33,873 nucleotides of DNA from Thermoanaerobaculia bacterium (GTDB lineage: Bacteria > Acidobacteriota > Thermoanaerobaculia > UBA5066), in assembly GCA_038245905.1 (NCBI GenBank), contig JBBRRY010000036.1, forward strand, positions 1 to 33,873. The letters are read 5' to 3'. Below are positions 1 to 8,303 of the stretch, piece after piece (the stretch's first letter is position 1; each line of letters opens with the position of its first letter). The position numbers and the translations under genes were made by a program. The notes under the pieces are model-generated. The model was not told the origin of the DNA and did no database searches. It worked only from the letters and a program-made list of their open reading frames with translations.

Positions 1-1
1 C

Positions 2-3000
2 TTCGCCGCCCTCCTCGCCGCCTCCGCGTCTCGCGCCGACGTGGTGGTCGTCGAGGCGGCTCCCGGCGGGGAAGCCGCAAGAGCGAAGCTGAAGGCGGGC
101 GACCGGCTCGTGTCCTGGCAGCGCGGAGCGTCGAAGAAGGCTGAGGCCGCGTCCGGCGCCTTCGCCGCTCCGTGGGACCTCGAAGAGCTGGAGGCTTCGG
201 AAGTCCCGCGCGGGCGGGTACGCGTGACCTTCGTGCGTTCGAGACGGACGTTCAGCGTCCGCCTCGGGCGCGGCGAGTGGCGGTTGACGGTGCGTCCGGA
301 CGCGGAGGGGCGCGACGCGGAGCTCGCGCGCACCCTGAGCCGGGCGGCGGCGGCCGCGGCGGCGGCCCGGCACGCCGAAGCGCTCGAGCTCTGGAAGGAT
401 GCCCTCTCGGCCGCGGAACGGCGGCACGACGCGCTTCTGCGCGCGCGCATCCTCGTCCTCGAGCCGCCCTCGTTCCGCGCGAACCGGCAGTTGCCGGCCG
501 CCGAGGCGGCGCTGCGCGAAGCGGTCGCGATCCGCGAGCGGACCGACCCGAGCGGTCCGGCCGCGGCCTCGGCGCTGACCCTGCTCGCGGGCCATCTCCG
601 GCAGAGCAAGCAGGATCGTGCGGCCGGCGAGGCGCTCGCGACGCGCGCCCTCGAGATCGCGCGGGAGGAGGCGTCGGGCTCCCTCGTCGAGTCCCGGGCG
701 TTACGGCAGCTCGGGAGCTTCGCGTGGGACCGCGGCCAGGTGGGAGAGTACCGGGCGCGGAACGAGGCGGCTCTCGCCCTCGCCCGGCGGCTCGCTCCGG
801 ACGGGATCGACACCGTTCAATGCCTGTCGAACGTCGCGTTCGCCCTGGGCGAGGCAGGCGACCTGCGGGGCTCCGAGCGGCTCCAGAAGGAGGCGCTCGC
901 GATCGCGCAGAAGCGGTTCCCGGAGGCTCCGGAGACCGGCCAGATCTGGAACGGCCTCGGCGTCCTCGCCCGGGAGCGGGGGGATCTCGTCGCGTCCGAC
1001 GAGAGGCTCCAGAAGGCCTACGAGATCTGGAGCCGGACGCTTCCCGGGACTCTGAGCGTCGCCGGCGTCCTGGCAAACCTCGCGAACAACGCCCTCGACC
1101 GCGGCGAGCTCGGCCTCGCAGAGGAGCGGCATCGCACGCTCCTCGCGATGCGCGAGGCGATCGCTCCGGAGGGGAACGACGTCGGGAGATCCTGCCAGTC
1201 GCTCGCCAACATCCTCAGGGTTCAGGGACGGCCTGTCGAGGCGACGGCGTTCGCCGAACGGGCCGTCGCGGTCGCGCGGCGGAACGCGCCCGGCGGCATC
1301 GCCGAGGCTTCCGCCCTCTGCGAGCTGGGCCGCGCGGACCTCGCCTCGGGCCGGCTCGAGGCCGCCGAAGAACATCTGCGCGCGGGGCTGGCGATCGCCG
1401 GAAAGGTCGCGCCGTTCGGAAGGGATGCGGCGGCCCTTCGCACGGCCCTCGCCGAGATCCTCATGGCGCGGGGTCGTCTGGAGGAGGCCGAGACGGTCGC
1501 CGCGGACGCCGTCGCGCGCCGCCGGTCCCAGCCGGGCACGATCTCGGAGGCCCAGGCTCTGCGGTTGCTCGCGAGCGTGCAGCGGGCCCGTGGGAAGCTC
1601 GACGAGGCTGAGGCGACCTACGGCCGCACGCTCGCCTCCCTCGAGACGCAGGCGGCGCGGATCGGCGGAGGCGAGGAGTCGGCGGCCGCTTTCTCGTCCC
1701 GCGCCGCGGACGCCTACCAGGACACGATCGACCTGCTCTTGTCGCGGGCGAAGAATGCCGATGCTCTCGCCGTTCTCGAGCGCTCCCGGGCGCGGCACTT
1801 TCTCGTGATAGTGAAGGCCCGGGAGAAGGCCGTGAGCCTGCGTCTGCCCGAGGGCATCGCGACGGAGCGCTCGGCCCTTTCGCGAGCCCAGGCGGACGCC
1901 GAGCGGCGCCTCGCGGCCCTCGACCCGGAGCGTGAGGCCGAGAGCGTCGCGGCACTCGAGGAGGAGCTGCGGGTCCTGCGCGGGCGCCGCGTGAGCCTCG
2001 ATGCCCGACTCGAGGCGTCGGATCCGGCTCTGGGGCCGGCGTTCGTCGCCTCCGGGACTCTCGACCTCGCAGGAATCCGCCGCGTGCTGCCGCGGGGCAC
2101 GCTTCTTCTCTCGTACACCGTCCTTCCGGCCCGTACGGTCCTGTTCGCGGTCCGCGCCGAAGGCGACGGCGAGGAGGGCGAGGCGGGGCTCGACGTCCTC
2201 TCGATCCCGGTGGCGTCCGACGCGCTCGCACGGGAAATCGGCGTCTTCCGCGGGCTGGTCGTCGCGGGCTCCGAGGGCGACGTCGCGGCCCCGGCGTTGC
2301 TCGAACAGGCGCGTCGCCTGCACGACCTCCTCGTGGCTCCGGCCGCCGGGCTCTTTGCGAGAGCGGCCCGTGTCCTCATCGCCGCCGACGGCCCCCTCCA
2401 GACGCTCCCGTTCGCCGCGCTGCGGGACGAAGAGCAGTGGCTCGCGGAAAAGAAGCCGATGAGCTTCGCGCCGTCCGCGTCCGCCTGGGCCTCGCTCCGC
2501 GGCCGCGCCGCCCGCCAAACCCGGTCCTCGGCCCGGCTCGTCGCGTTCGCGGACCCGACACTCCCCGGCCGGGCCGAGCCTGGCGGAGAGAAGGGGACGC
2601 GAGGCTCGTCCGAACGCGGCGGCGCGCCGCTGCTCCGCTACCGCCGGGGCCTTGCGCCGCTGCCGTACGCACGGGAGGAAGCGCGGGCCGTCGCGCGCGC
2701 GTGGAAGGGGCCATCGGCCGTCTTCGCGGGCGACGACGCGACGAAGGCGCGGGCGCTTGGCGTCGGAACGGGCACGCGCGTGCTGCATTTCGCGACGCAC
2801 GCCCTCGTGGACCGGCGCTTTCCTCTCGATTCCGGCCTCGCGCTCGCCTCGAACGGAGCCGACGCGACCGGAGAGGCGACCGGTCTCCTTCAGGCGTGGG
2901 AGGTCCTCGAGTCCATGAGGCTCGACGCTGATCTCGTAACGCTCTCCGGCTGCGAGACGGGGCTCGGCGCGGAAGGCACCGGAGAGGGGCTCGTCGGGCT

Positions 3001-3238
3001 CGTTCGCGCCTTCCAGATCGCCGGAGCGCGCTCGGTCGTCGCGTCGCTCTGGAGCGTCTCGGATCGCAGCACGCGGGACCTCATGATCCGCTTTTACGAA
3101 GCTCTCGGGCGCGGCGCGGCCAAGGACGAGGCCCTCGTCCAGGCCCAGCGTGCGCTCATCCGGGGAACCCCGGAAGGCCGGAACCTCGGCCATCCCCGTT
3201 TCTGGGCTGCCTTCGAGGTCTTCGGAGACGGGCGATGA
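2..3238 (+). CDS. Exported PDZ-TPR-CHAT (caspase/HetF-like) protease, 5'-truncated by the window edge
   Basis: The frame is open from base 2 (FAALLAASASRA-DVVVVE..., the tail of a signal peptide), upstream of the ORF-track start at 41. PDZ-like segment VVVEAAPGGEAARAKLKAGDRLVSW. Many TPRs (e.g. TGQIWNGLGVLARERGDL, VAGVLANLANNALDRGEL) and a coiled coil. CHAT motifs DGPLQTLPFAAL, VLHFATHA (His about 2798), LVTLSGCETG (Cys 2951), GARSVVASLWSV and HPRFWAAF. Confidence 0.92.
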   Translation, partial: FAALLAASASRADVVVVEAAPGGEAARAKLKAGDRLVSWQRGASKKAEAASGAFAAPWDLEELEASEVPRGRVRVTFVRSRRTFSVRLGRGEWRLTVRPDAEGRDAELARTLSRAAAAAAAARHAEALELWKDALSAAERRHDALLRARILVLEPPSFRANRQLPAAEAALREAVAIRERTDPSGPAAASALTLLAGHLRQSKQDRAAGEALATRALEIAREEASGSLVESRALRQLGSFAWDRGQVGEYRARNEAALALARRLAPDGIDTVQCLSNVAFALGEAGDLRGSERLQKEALAIAQKRFPEAPETGQIWNGLGVLARERGDLVASDERLQKAYEIWSRTLPGTLSVAGVLANLANNALDRGELGLAEERHRTLLAMREAIAPEGNDVGRSCQSLANILRVQGRPVEATAFAERAVAVARRNAPGGIAEASALCELGRADLASGRLEAAEEHLRAGLAIAGKVAPFGRDAAALRTALAEILMARGRLEEAETVAADAVARRRSQPGTISEAQALRLLASVQRARGKLDEAEATYGRTLASLETQAARIGGGEESAAAFSSRAADAYQDTIDLLLSRAKNADALAVLERSRARHFLVIVKAREKAVSLRLPEGIATERSALSRAQADAERRLAALDPEREAESVAALEEELRVLRGRRVSLDARLEASDPALGPAFVASGTLDLAGIRRVLPRGTLLLSYTVLPARTVLFAVRAEGDGEEGEAGLDVLSIPVASDALAREIGVFRGLVVAGSEGDVAAPALLEQARRLHDLLVAPAAGLFARAARVLIAADGPLQTLPFAALRDEEQWLAEKKPMSFAPSASAWASLRGRAARQTRSSARLVAFADPTLPGRAEPGGEKGTRGSSERGGAPLLRYRRGLAPLPYAREEARAVARAWKGPSAVFAGDDATKARALGVGTGTRVLHFATHALVDRRFPLDSGLALASNGADATGEATGLLQAWEVLESMRLDADLVTLSGCETGLGAEGTGEGLVGLVRAFQIAGARSVVASLWSVSDRSTRDLMIRFYEALGRGAAKDEALVQAQRALIRGTPEGRNLGHPRFWAAFEVFGDGR

Positions 3239-3747
3239 CGGTCGACGTCCCGTTCGCAGGCGACGTCGAGGACTTCCGCGAGGTCTTCCTCGAATACCAC
3301 CCGAGGTTGTTCCGGTACTTCCGGTCCCTGGGGTTCGCAGCGGAAGACGCCGACGATCTATGCCAGACGGCGCTTCTCAACGTCTACCGGGGGAGAGGAA
3401 AAGTGCGAGACGTCACGCTCTTCGCCCCCTGGGTTTACAGCGTCGCTCGAAACGCCGCGCGCGACGCCTGGCGCCGAAAAAAGGACGCCCGGGTCGAGGC
3501 GCTGGAAGATCGCGACGTCGAGGCTCCGGCCCCGTCGCCCGAGCGCGAGGCTGGGGACCGGGAAAGGCTCGACCGCGTTCGAGAGGGCCTCGTGGCGCTC
3601 CCGGCGCGCATGCGTGCCTGCTTCCTCCTGCGGGTTCAGGACGAACTTTCCTACGAGGAGATCGCCGGGCGGCTTTCGCTCTCGGCCGGCACCGTGAAGG
3701 TGCAGGTCTGGAACGCGAGGCGGCGGCTGCGCGAGGTGCTCCCATGA
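3235..3747 (+). CDS. ECF-family RNA polymerase sigma-70 factor
   Basis: 170 aa. Region 2: AEDADDLCQTALLNVY...FAPWVYSVARNAARD. Region 4: LPARMRACFLLR...LSYEEIAGRLSLSAGTVKVQVWNARRRLR. ATGA overlap with the CHAT gene. Confidence 0.95.
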   Translation: MTVDVPFAGDVEDFREVFLEYHPRLFRYFRSLGFAAEDADDLCQTALLNVYRGRGKVRDVTLFAPWVYSVARNAARDAWRRKKDARVEALEDRDVEAPAPSPEREAGDRERLDRVREGLVALPARMRACFLLRVQDELSYEEIAGRLSLSAGTVKVQVWNARRRLREVLP

Positions 3748-4379
3748 TTCCACCGAAATCCTCCGGGCCCCACCCGGATGCCGAGGACCTGTACCGCGCC
3801 CATGCCGCGCCGAACGCCGGGGACTCGGCTGCCGTCCTCGGACACGCGGCGATCTGCGCGCGCTGCAGTGAGGAACTCGTGGGGATCGAGGTGTTCGCGG
3901 CGAACCCACCGGACGTGTTCGGTGGCGCCGTTCGGCGGGCCGAGGCCGCTTGGGGGACCTTCGCGGGGAGGCCGGCCCGGCGCCCTGCGAGGGTCCCGAT
4001 GCCCGCCCTCGCGATCGCGGCCGCTCTTGTCCTTCTCGTCGGCGCAGCCCTCCTCGTCCGCCGCCCGCCGACCGACGTCGAGAGAGGCGACACCGTGACG
4101 GGTCTCCTGACGCCGGCCGGCGTTTTCGCGGCGCCCCCGGATGAGTTCCGTTTTCCGATCACGGGGGCCGCGAGAGTTCGCGTGAGCGTGTTCGACGCGG
4201 ACCGGTCCTACGTCTGGACGAGCCCCGCGGCTCCAGAGGGTCAGCCCGTTTCGTTTCCGCCCGAGGAGCGCGCGAAGCTCCGGCCGGGCGTTGTCTACAC
4301 GTGGGTCGTCCTCGGGGACGGCCGCACGCTTCCCGCGCGGACCTTCGAGATCCGCGCAGGCGGAGCTGCGACGCGGTGA
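3744..4379 (+). CDS. Zinc-binding (ZAS/zf-HC2) single-pass anti-sigma factor with a small extracytoplasmic domain
   Basis: ATG at 3744 overlaps the sigma stop (ATGA); this is the 3' part of track ORF 3150..4379. 211 aa. HPDAEDL...HAAICARC (HxxxCxxC), TM segment ALAIAAALVLLVGAALLV, then a beta-rich C-terminal domain. Confidence 0.85.
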   Translation: MIPPKSSGPHPDAEDLYRAHAAPNAGDSAAVLGHAAICARCSEELVGIEVFAANPPDVFGGAVRRAEAAWGTFAGRPARRPARVPMPALAIAAALVLLVGAALLVRRPPTDVERGDTVTGLLTPAGVFAAPPDEFRFPITGAARVRVSVFDADRSYVWTSPAAPEGQPVSFPPEERAKLRPGVVYTWVVLGDGRTLPARTFEIRAGGAATR

Positions 4380-4395
4380 CGTCGCGGCCCCGCTC

Positions 4396-5421
4396 TCAGC
4401 CGCGGGGTTTTCTCGCCGCGTCGAATGGCCGGCGAAACATTCCGAAGAGCTCGCGGCGCGAGACGGGCTTCGGCGGGTCCTCGCATGCTTGCGCGGCGGC
4501 CTCGGGCTGCTGGTACGCCCGGGCGGCCTCTGCAGGGAAGAGCCGGGCGCGCACGGTGTCCCAGACGATCTCGCCGAGGCCGAGCTGCGGCGAGAAGCCA
4601 AGCGTCTGCCAGGCCTTCTCCATGTCTGCGATCCGGGGCGTTCGCGCCGACGTCCCCTGCACGGCGATGTGGCACTCCTTGGCGGCGCGCACGGCGAGGG
4701 CGCGGACGACCTCGGACGGCTTCACGGCAAGGCCGAACCCGAGATTCACGATTTCGCCGATCGGCCGCTTGCGCAGGGCCATGAGGACACCGCGTACGAC
4801 GTCCTGAGGATGGACGAAGTCCCGGGGGGCGTCGTCGGCGAGGAAGACCTCCTCGCCCGCGAGGACTGCCTCGAGCGCGTCCTCGGGGAAGCGCGCGGGC
4901 CCGCCGCCAGGCCCGGCGACCGCGAAGACCCGCAGGATCACGAAGGGCAGGCCGGAGGCGAGGAACGCCTCCTCCTCGGCCGCTTTCGCGACGAGGTCGC
5001 GGTCCCCTTCGGGCTCGACGGGCTCGTCCTCGCGCGCGCGGAGATTCGCCTCGTCGCGCGGGCCATAGAGTGCCGCGTCCGAGAGGTGGACGAGCAAGCC
5101 GACGCCAGCCTGGCGGGACGCTTCGACGAGCGGCCCGAGGCCCGCCGCGTCGAGCGGAAGGCGCATCGCGTTCACGATCGCGGAGGGCCGGTGCTCGGCG
5201 AAGGCGTTTTCGAGGAACGCGGCGTCCGTCCCGTCTCCGCGCACGATCGTGATGCGTGGGTGACGCCCGAACGAGGCGGCGCGCTCCTCCTTGAGGGCGC
5301 GGCCGTCGCCCGCGTCGTCGAACGTGTCGAGCACGACGACGCCGTCGCCCGCGCCGAGAAGCTGCCGCGCGATTGCGGCGCCGAGAAAGCCCGCGCCGCC
5401 TGCGACGAGGACGAGACTCAC
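4396..5421 (-). CDS. NAD-dependent epimerase/dehydratase (extended SDR) family protein with a degenerate active site
   Basis: VLVAGGAGFLG Rossmann motif, RDFVHPQDVVRG and IVNLGFG. The YxxxK position reads DLVAK. GTGA overlap with the mlaD stop. Confidence 0.8.
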   Translation of the reverse strand: MSLVLVAGGAGFLGAAIARQLLGAGDGVVVLDTFDDAGDGRALKEERAASFGRHPRITIVRGDGTDAAFLENAFAEHRPSAIVNAMRLPLDAAGLGPLVEASRQAGVGLLVHLSDAALYGPRDEANLRAREDEPVEPEGDRDLVAKAAEEEAFLASGLPFVILRVFAVAGPGGGPARFPEDALEAVLAGEEVFLADDAPRDFVHPQDVVRGVLMALRKRPIGEIVNLGFGLAVKPSEVVRALAVRAAKECHIAVQGTSARTPRIADMEKAWQTLGFSPQLGLGEIVWDTVRARLFPAEAARAYQQPEAAAQACEDPPKPVSRRELFGMFRRPFDAARKPRG

Positions 5422-6593
5422 GGAACCGGACTGGGCGTCGGCATCAGAGGCTGACTCGCGGCGTCGTACCGTTTCTGGATGCCGGATTTCTGGCGGTCCC
5501 GAATGAGCCAGCGGAGCAGCTTGCTCTTGTTGATCCCGACGAGGATGTCGTTCATCGCGTCGGCCACCGCCGGATCGGCGATGAGCTTGCCGGCGGTGCC
5601 CTGCGTCGAATCCAGTTTCGCGGCGACGTTCGCGAGGTGGGACGACAGCTTCTTCAGGTCGGCCAGGAACTCCTTCGAAAAGTCACCGTCCGAAACGAGC
5701 TGCCCGAGCAGGCCGCTCCCCGACTTGAGGTCCTTCGAGAAGGACGCGAGCCCGTCGGCGGTGGTCTGAAGCGAGTCGACCATCGCGAAGAACTTCTTCT
5801 TTCCCTCAGGGTCGGAAAGGAGGGCCGGCACGAGGCCTTCTCCCGTCGCGACGCCCTTCTCGACGCTTCCAAGAATCCGGTTGAGCGAGGCGGACGCCGA
5901 CGCCAGCTCGCCGAGGACTCCCTCGGCGGCCTTCTCGTCATTCAGGAGGCGCCCGACGAGGCCCTTCCCCTGGCGTACGTCCTTCATGAGCCCGCTCATG
6001 CTGTCGAGCGTCTGGCGCAGAGAGCGCGAAAGAGCCTGGCCGTTCTCGGATTCCGAGGTGATTTCGCCGAGGAATCCCTCGCCCTTTTCCGTCCGCCCGA
6101 GGATGTTCTTGAGTGATTTGGAGATGGCCACGACGTTGTCCACGAGGTCGCCGGAGCCGGCGAGGATCTTTTCGAGCTCGGCGCCGCGAAACGCCATGAT
6201 CTCGTGGTCGGGCTCGAGATCCGGCTTGTCGCTCGAGCCGGGCGTCACCTCGAGATACTTGTCGCCGAGGAGACCGATCGTCTTGATCTCGGCCCGACTG
6301 TCGGTCTTGACGAGGTGCTGGTACTTCCTTTCGATGTCGAAGTGAATGGTGAGGTCCTGGCCCGGCACGCGCGGCACTTCGATGTCACGCACCGCGCCCA
6401 CGATCACGCCGGCGAGGCGCACCTGGTTTCCTCCCACCATTCCCTGGGAATTCGCGAAACGGGCGAAGTACGACGTGCGGCGCACGAAGAAGCCCTTCGT
6501 CCCTCCAATGAAGAGGACCGCGCCCGCGAGCAGCACGAAGGCGGCGAAGAGGATGACCCCGACGCGGGTCTTGGTCTTGACGTCGGCTCTCAC
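5418..6593 (-). CDS. mlaD: MlaD/MCE-family lipid transport protein with a long helical extension
   Basis: N-terminal TM, MCE motifs (VRLAGVIVGAV, IKTIGLLGDKYLEVTPG) and five GxG(L/F/T)xGxL-like helical repeats. Coupled to mlaF. Confidence 0.9.
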   Translation of the reverse strand: MRADVKTKTRVGVILFAAFVLLAGAVLFIGGTKGFFVRRTSYFARFANSQGMVGGNQVRLAGVIVGAVRDIEVPRVPGQDLTIHFDIERKYQHLVKTDSRAEIKTIGLLGDKYLEVTPGSSDKPDLEPDHEIMAFRGAELEKILAGSGDLVDNVVAISKSLKNILGRTEKGEGFLGEITSESENGQALSRSLRQTLDSMSGLMKDVRQGKGLVGRLLNDEKAAEGVLGELASASASLNRILGSVEKGVATGEGLVPALLSDPEGKKKFFAMVDSLQTTADGLASFSKDLKSGSGLLGQLVSDGDFSKEFLADLKKLSSHLANVAAKLDSTQGTAGKLIADPAVADAMNDILVGINKSKLLRWLIRDRQKSGIQKRYDAASQPLMPTPSPVP

Positions 6594-7417
6594 GGCGGGC
6601 CTCCCTTTGACTCGGTCAATTCCGGAGAGACTCCCGCGGCGAGGAAGGCGCGGAGGTCGGCGACGTCGGAGGTCTGCGCTTCTTCGGGCGTCCCGATGAA
6701 CGCGAACCGGGCGTTCTGCAGAAATGCGATGCGGTCGGCGACGAACAGCGCCGAGACGATGTCGTGGGTCACGACCACCGAGGTCGTCGCGAGCCGCTCG
6801 TTCAAGTCGACGATGAGCCGGTTGATCGTCATCGAGGTGACGGGGTCGAGGCCCGTCGTCGGCTCGTCGTAGAGGATAATGTCGGGCTTCAGCGCGACGG
6901 TCCGGGCCAGAGAGACGCGCTTTTTCATTCCGCCCGATAGCGACGAGGGGAGCAGGCGCTCCACATCGCGTCCGAGGTTGACGAAACCGAGCACTTCCGC
7001 GACGCGGTCCGAGATCCGCTCTTCCGGCCAGGACGTGTGCTCGCGCAGCGCGAACGCGATGTTCTCGAAGACTGTCATCGAGTCGAAAAGGGCGCCGCTC
7101 TGAAAGAGCATGCCGACCTTCTTGCGTACGGGGACGAGCTCCTCCTCGGGCAACGTGGAGACTTCCACGCCGTCCACCCAGACTTCGCCGGTGTCGGGCT
7201 GCTCGAGGCCGTTCATCTGCCGGAGCGACACGGATTTGCCCGTGCCGGACCCGCCGAGAATCACGAGCACTTCCCCGCGCATCACGGAGAGGTTCACGTC
7301 GTCGAGGACGCGCGTGGAGCCATAGGCCTTGGAGACGTGCTTGAACTCGATGATCGAAGCGCCGGCGGGGCGTGCTGCCTTGACGAAGCGCATGACGGCC
7401 GTCTCGCTGAACGTCAC
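6590..7417 (-). CDS. mlaF: MlaF-like ABC transporter ATP-binding protein
   Basis: Walker A GGSGTGKS, FQSGALFDSM, signature LSGGMKKRV, Walker B ILYDEPTTGLDP and VVVTHD. Confidence 0.93.
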   Translation of the reverse strand: MTFSETAVMRFVKAARPAGASIIEFKHVSKAYGSTRVLDDVNLSVMRGEVLVILGGSGTGKSVSLRQMNGLEQPDTGEVWVDGVEVSTLPEEELVPVRKKVGMLFQSGALFDSMTVFENIAFALREHTSWPEERISDRVAEVLGFVNLGRDVERLLPSSLSGGMKKRVSLARTVALKPDIILYDEPTTGLDPVTSMTINRLIVDLNERLATTSVVVTHDIVSALFVADRIAFLQNARFAFIGTPEEAQTSDVADLRAFLAAGVSPELTESKGGPP

Positions 7418-8256
7418 TGGAACCCCATGTTCAGGACGAGAAAGAGTTTCGTCAGGAAGAAATCGGACATCAGGACCGCGATCGAGGCCACGACGACCGC
7501 GATCGTCGTCGCGCGCCCGACTCCATCCGCTCCCCCCGAGGCATTCAGGCCGTTGTAACAGCCGATCATCGCGATCTCGAATCCGAAGAAGGGAGTCTTG
7601 AACAGTCCGTGAAGCACGTCGTTGACGTGCACGGATTGCTGGACGGTCGACAGGTAAAGCGAGGCCCCGACTTTTACTTCGACCACCGCGATGAACAGCC
7701 CGCCGACCATTCCGAGGAAATCGGCGAGGAGTGTCAGGACCGGGAGCATGAGCGTGACGGCCACGACGCGCGGCAGGACGAGCTTCCGGATCGGTGAGGC
7801 GCCGAGCGCCCGCATGGCATCGACCTGCTCGGTGACCGACATCGTCCCGAGCTCGGCCGTGATTCCTGATCCCACGCGCGCCGCGACCATGAGGGCGGTC
7901 AGGCTCGGCCCCAGCTCGCGGCAGATCGACAGCACGACGACGCGGCCCACGAAAAGCTTTCCGCCGAACTGCGCCAGCGCATAGGCCGTCTGGAGGGCGA
8001 GGACCATTCCCGTGAACAGGGCCGTGAGGCTCGTGATGGAGATCGACTGGACGCCGAGGGCGTCCATCTGCCGGACGATCTCGGACGTCTCCCAGCGGTT
8101 TCGGGCCTCGCGGGCGAGTTGAACGCCCATCATCGTGACGCCCCCAAGGTGAAAGGACACGTTCAGGACCCAGCGCTTCAGCCTCGCGAACTTCCAGAGC
8201 GGCTCATTAAGGACCGCGATGTACTGCGTCGTCGAATCGAACTGGGACGGGGGCAC
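7414..8256 (-). CDS. mlaE: MlaE-family ABC transporter permease
   Basis: RELGPSLTALMVAARVGSGITAELGTMSVTEQVDAMRALG and GGADGVGRATT. GTG start 6 nt downstream of TAGAAT. Confidence 0.93.
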   Translation of the reverse strand: MPPSQFDSTTQYIAVLNEPLWKFARLKRWVLNVSFHLGGVTMMGVQLAREARNRWETSEIVRQMDALGVQSISITSLTALFTGMVLALQTAYALAQFGGKLFVGRVVVLSICRELGPSLTALMVAARVGSGITAELGTMSVTEQVDAMRALGASPIRKLVLPRVVAVTLMLPVLTLLADFLGMVGGLFIAVVEVKVGASLYLSTVQQSVHVNDVLHGLFKTPFFGFEIAMIGCYNGLNASGGADGVGRATTIAVVVASIAVLMSDFFLTKLFLVLNMGFQ

Positions 8257-8262
8257 GGGGAC

Positions 8263-8268
8263 ATTCTA
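8263..8268 (-). promoter_or_regulatory. Putative -10 element (TAGAAT) of a leaderless mlaEFD transcript
   Basis: TAGAAT lies 6 nt upstream of the GTG at 8256, with no Shine-Dalgarno in between. Confidence 0.55.
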
Positions 8269-8303
8269 CGGGGCGGCGGCGTCCCGGCCCGGTCGTGCGC
8301 CCT

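Noticed and set aside
701-3193. 830-aa minus-strand ORF, plus other long antisense or alternate-frame ORFs (e.g. 13422..15074, 16090..17826, 22162..25437, 27771..29501)
   Set aside because: These are shadow ORFs overlapping motif-rich genes. High GC suppresses stop codons, and the translations are Arg/Gly/Pro-rich with no family motifs.
2-4379. Type III-E CRISPR (Csx29/Csx30/sigma) interpretation of the CHAT-sigma locus
   Set aside because: There are no cas genes or repeat-spacer array in the window, the protease appears exported and the partner is a TM ZAS anti-sigma. Sequence upstream of base 1 is not visible.
4396-4470. SRRELF as a functional Tat export signal
   Set aside because: It is at the C-terminus and lacks a following hydrophobic h-region. 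Kept only as an unexplained tail.
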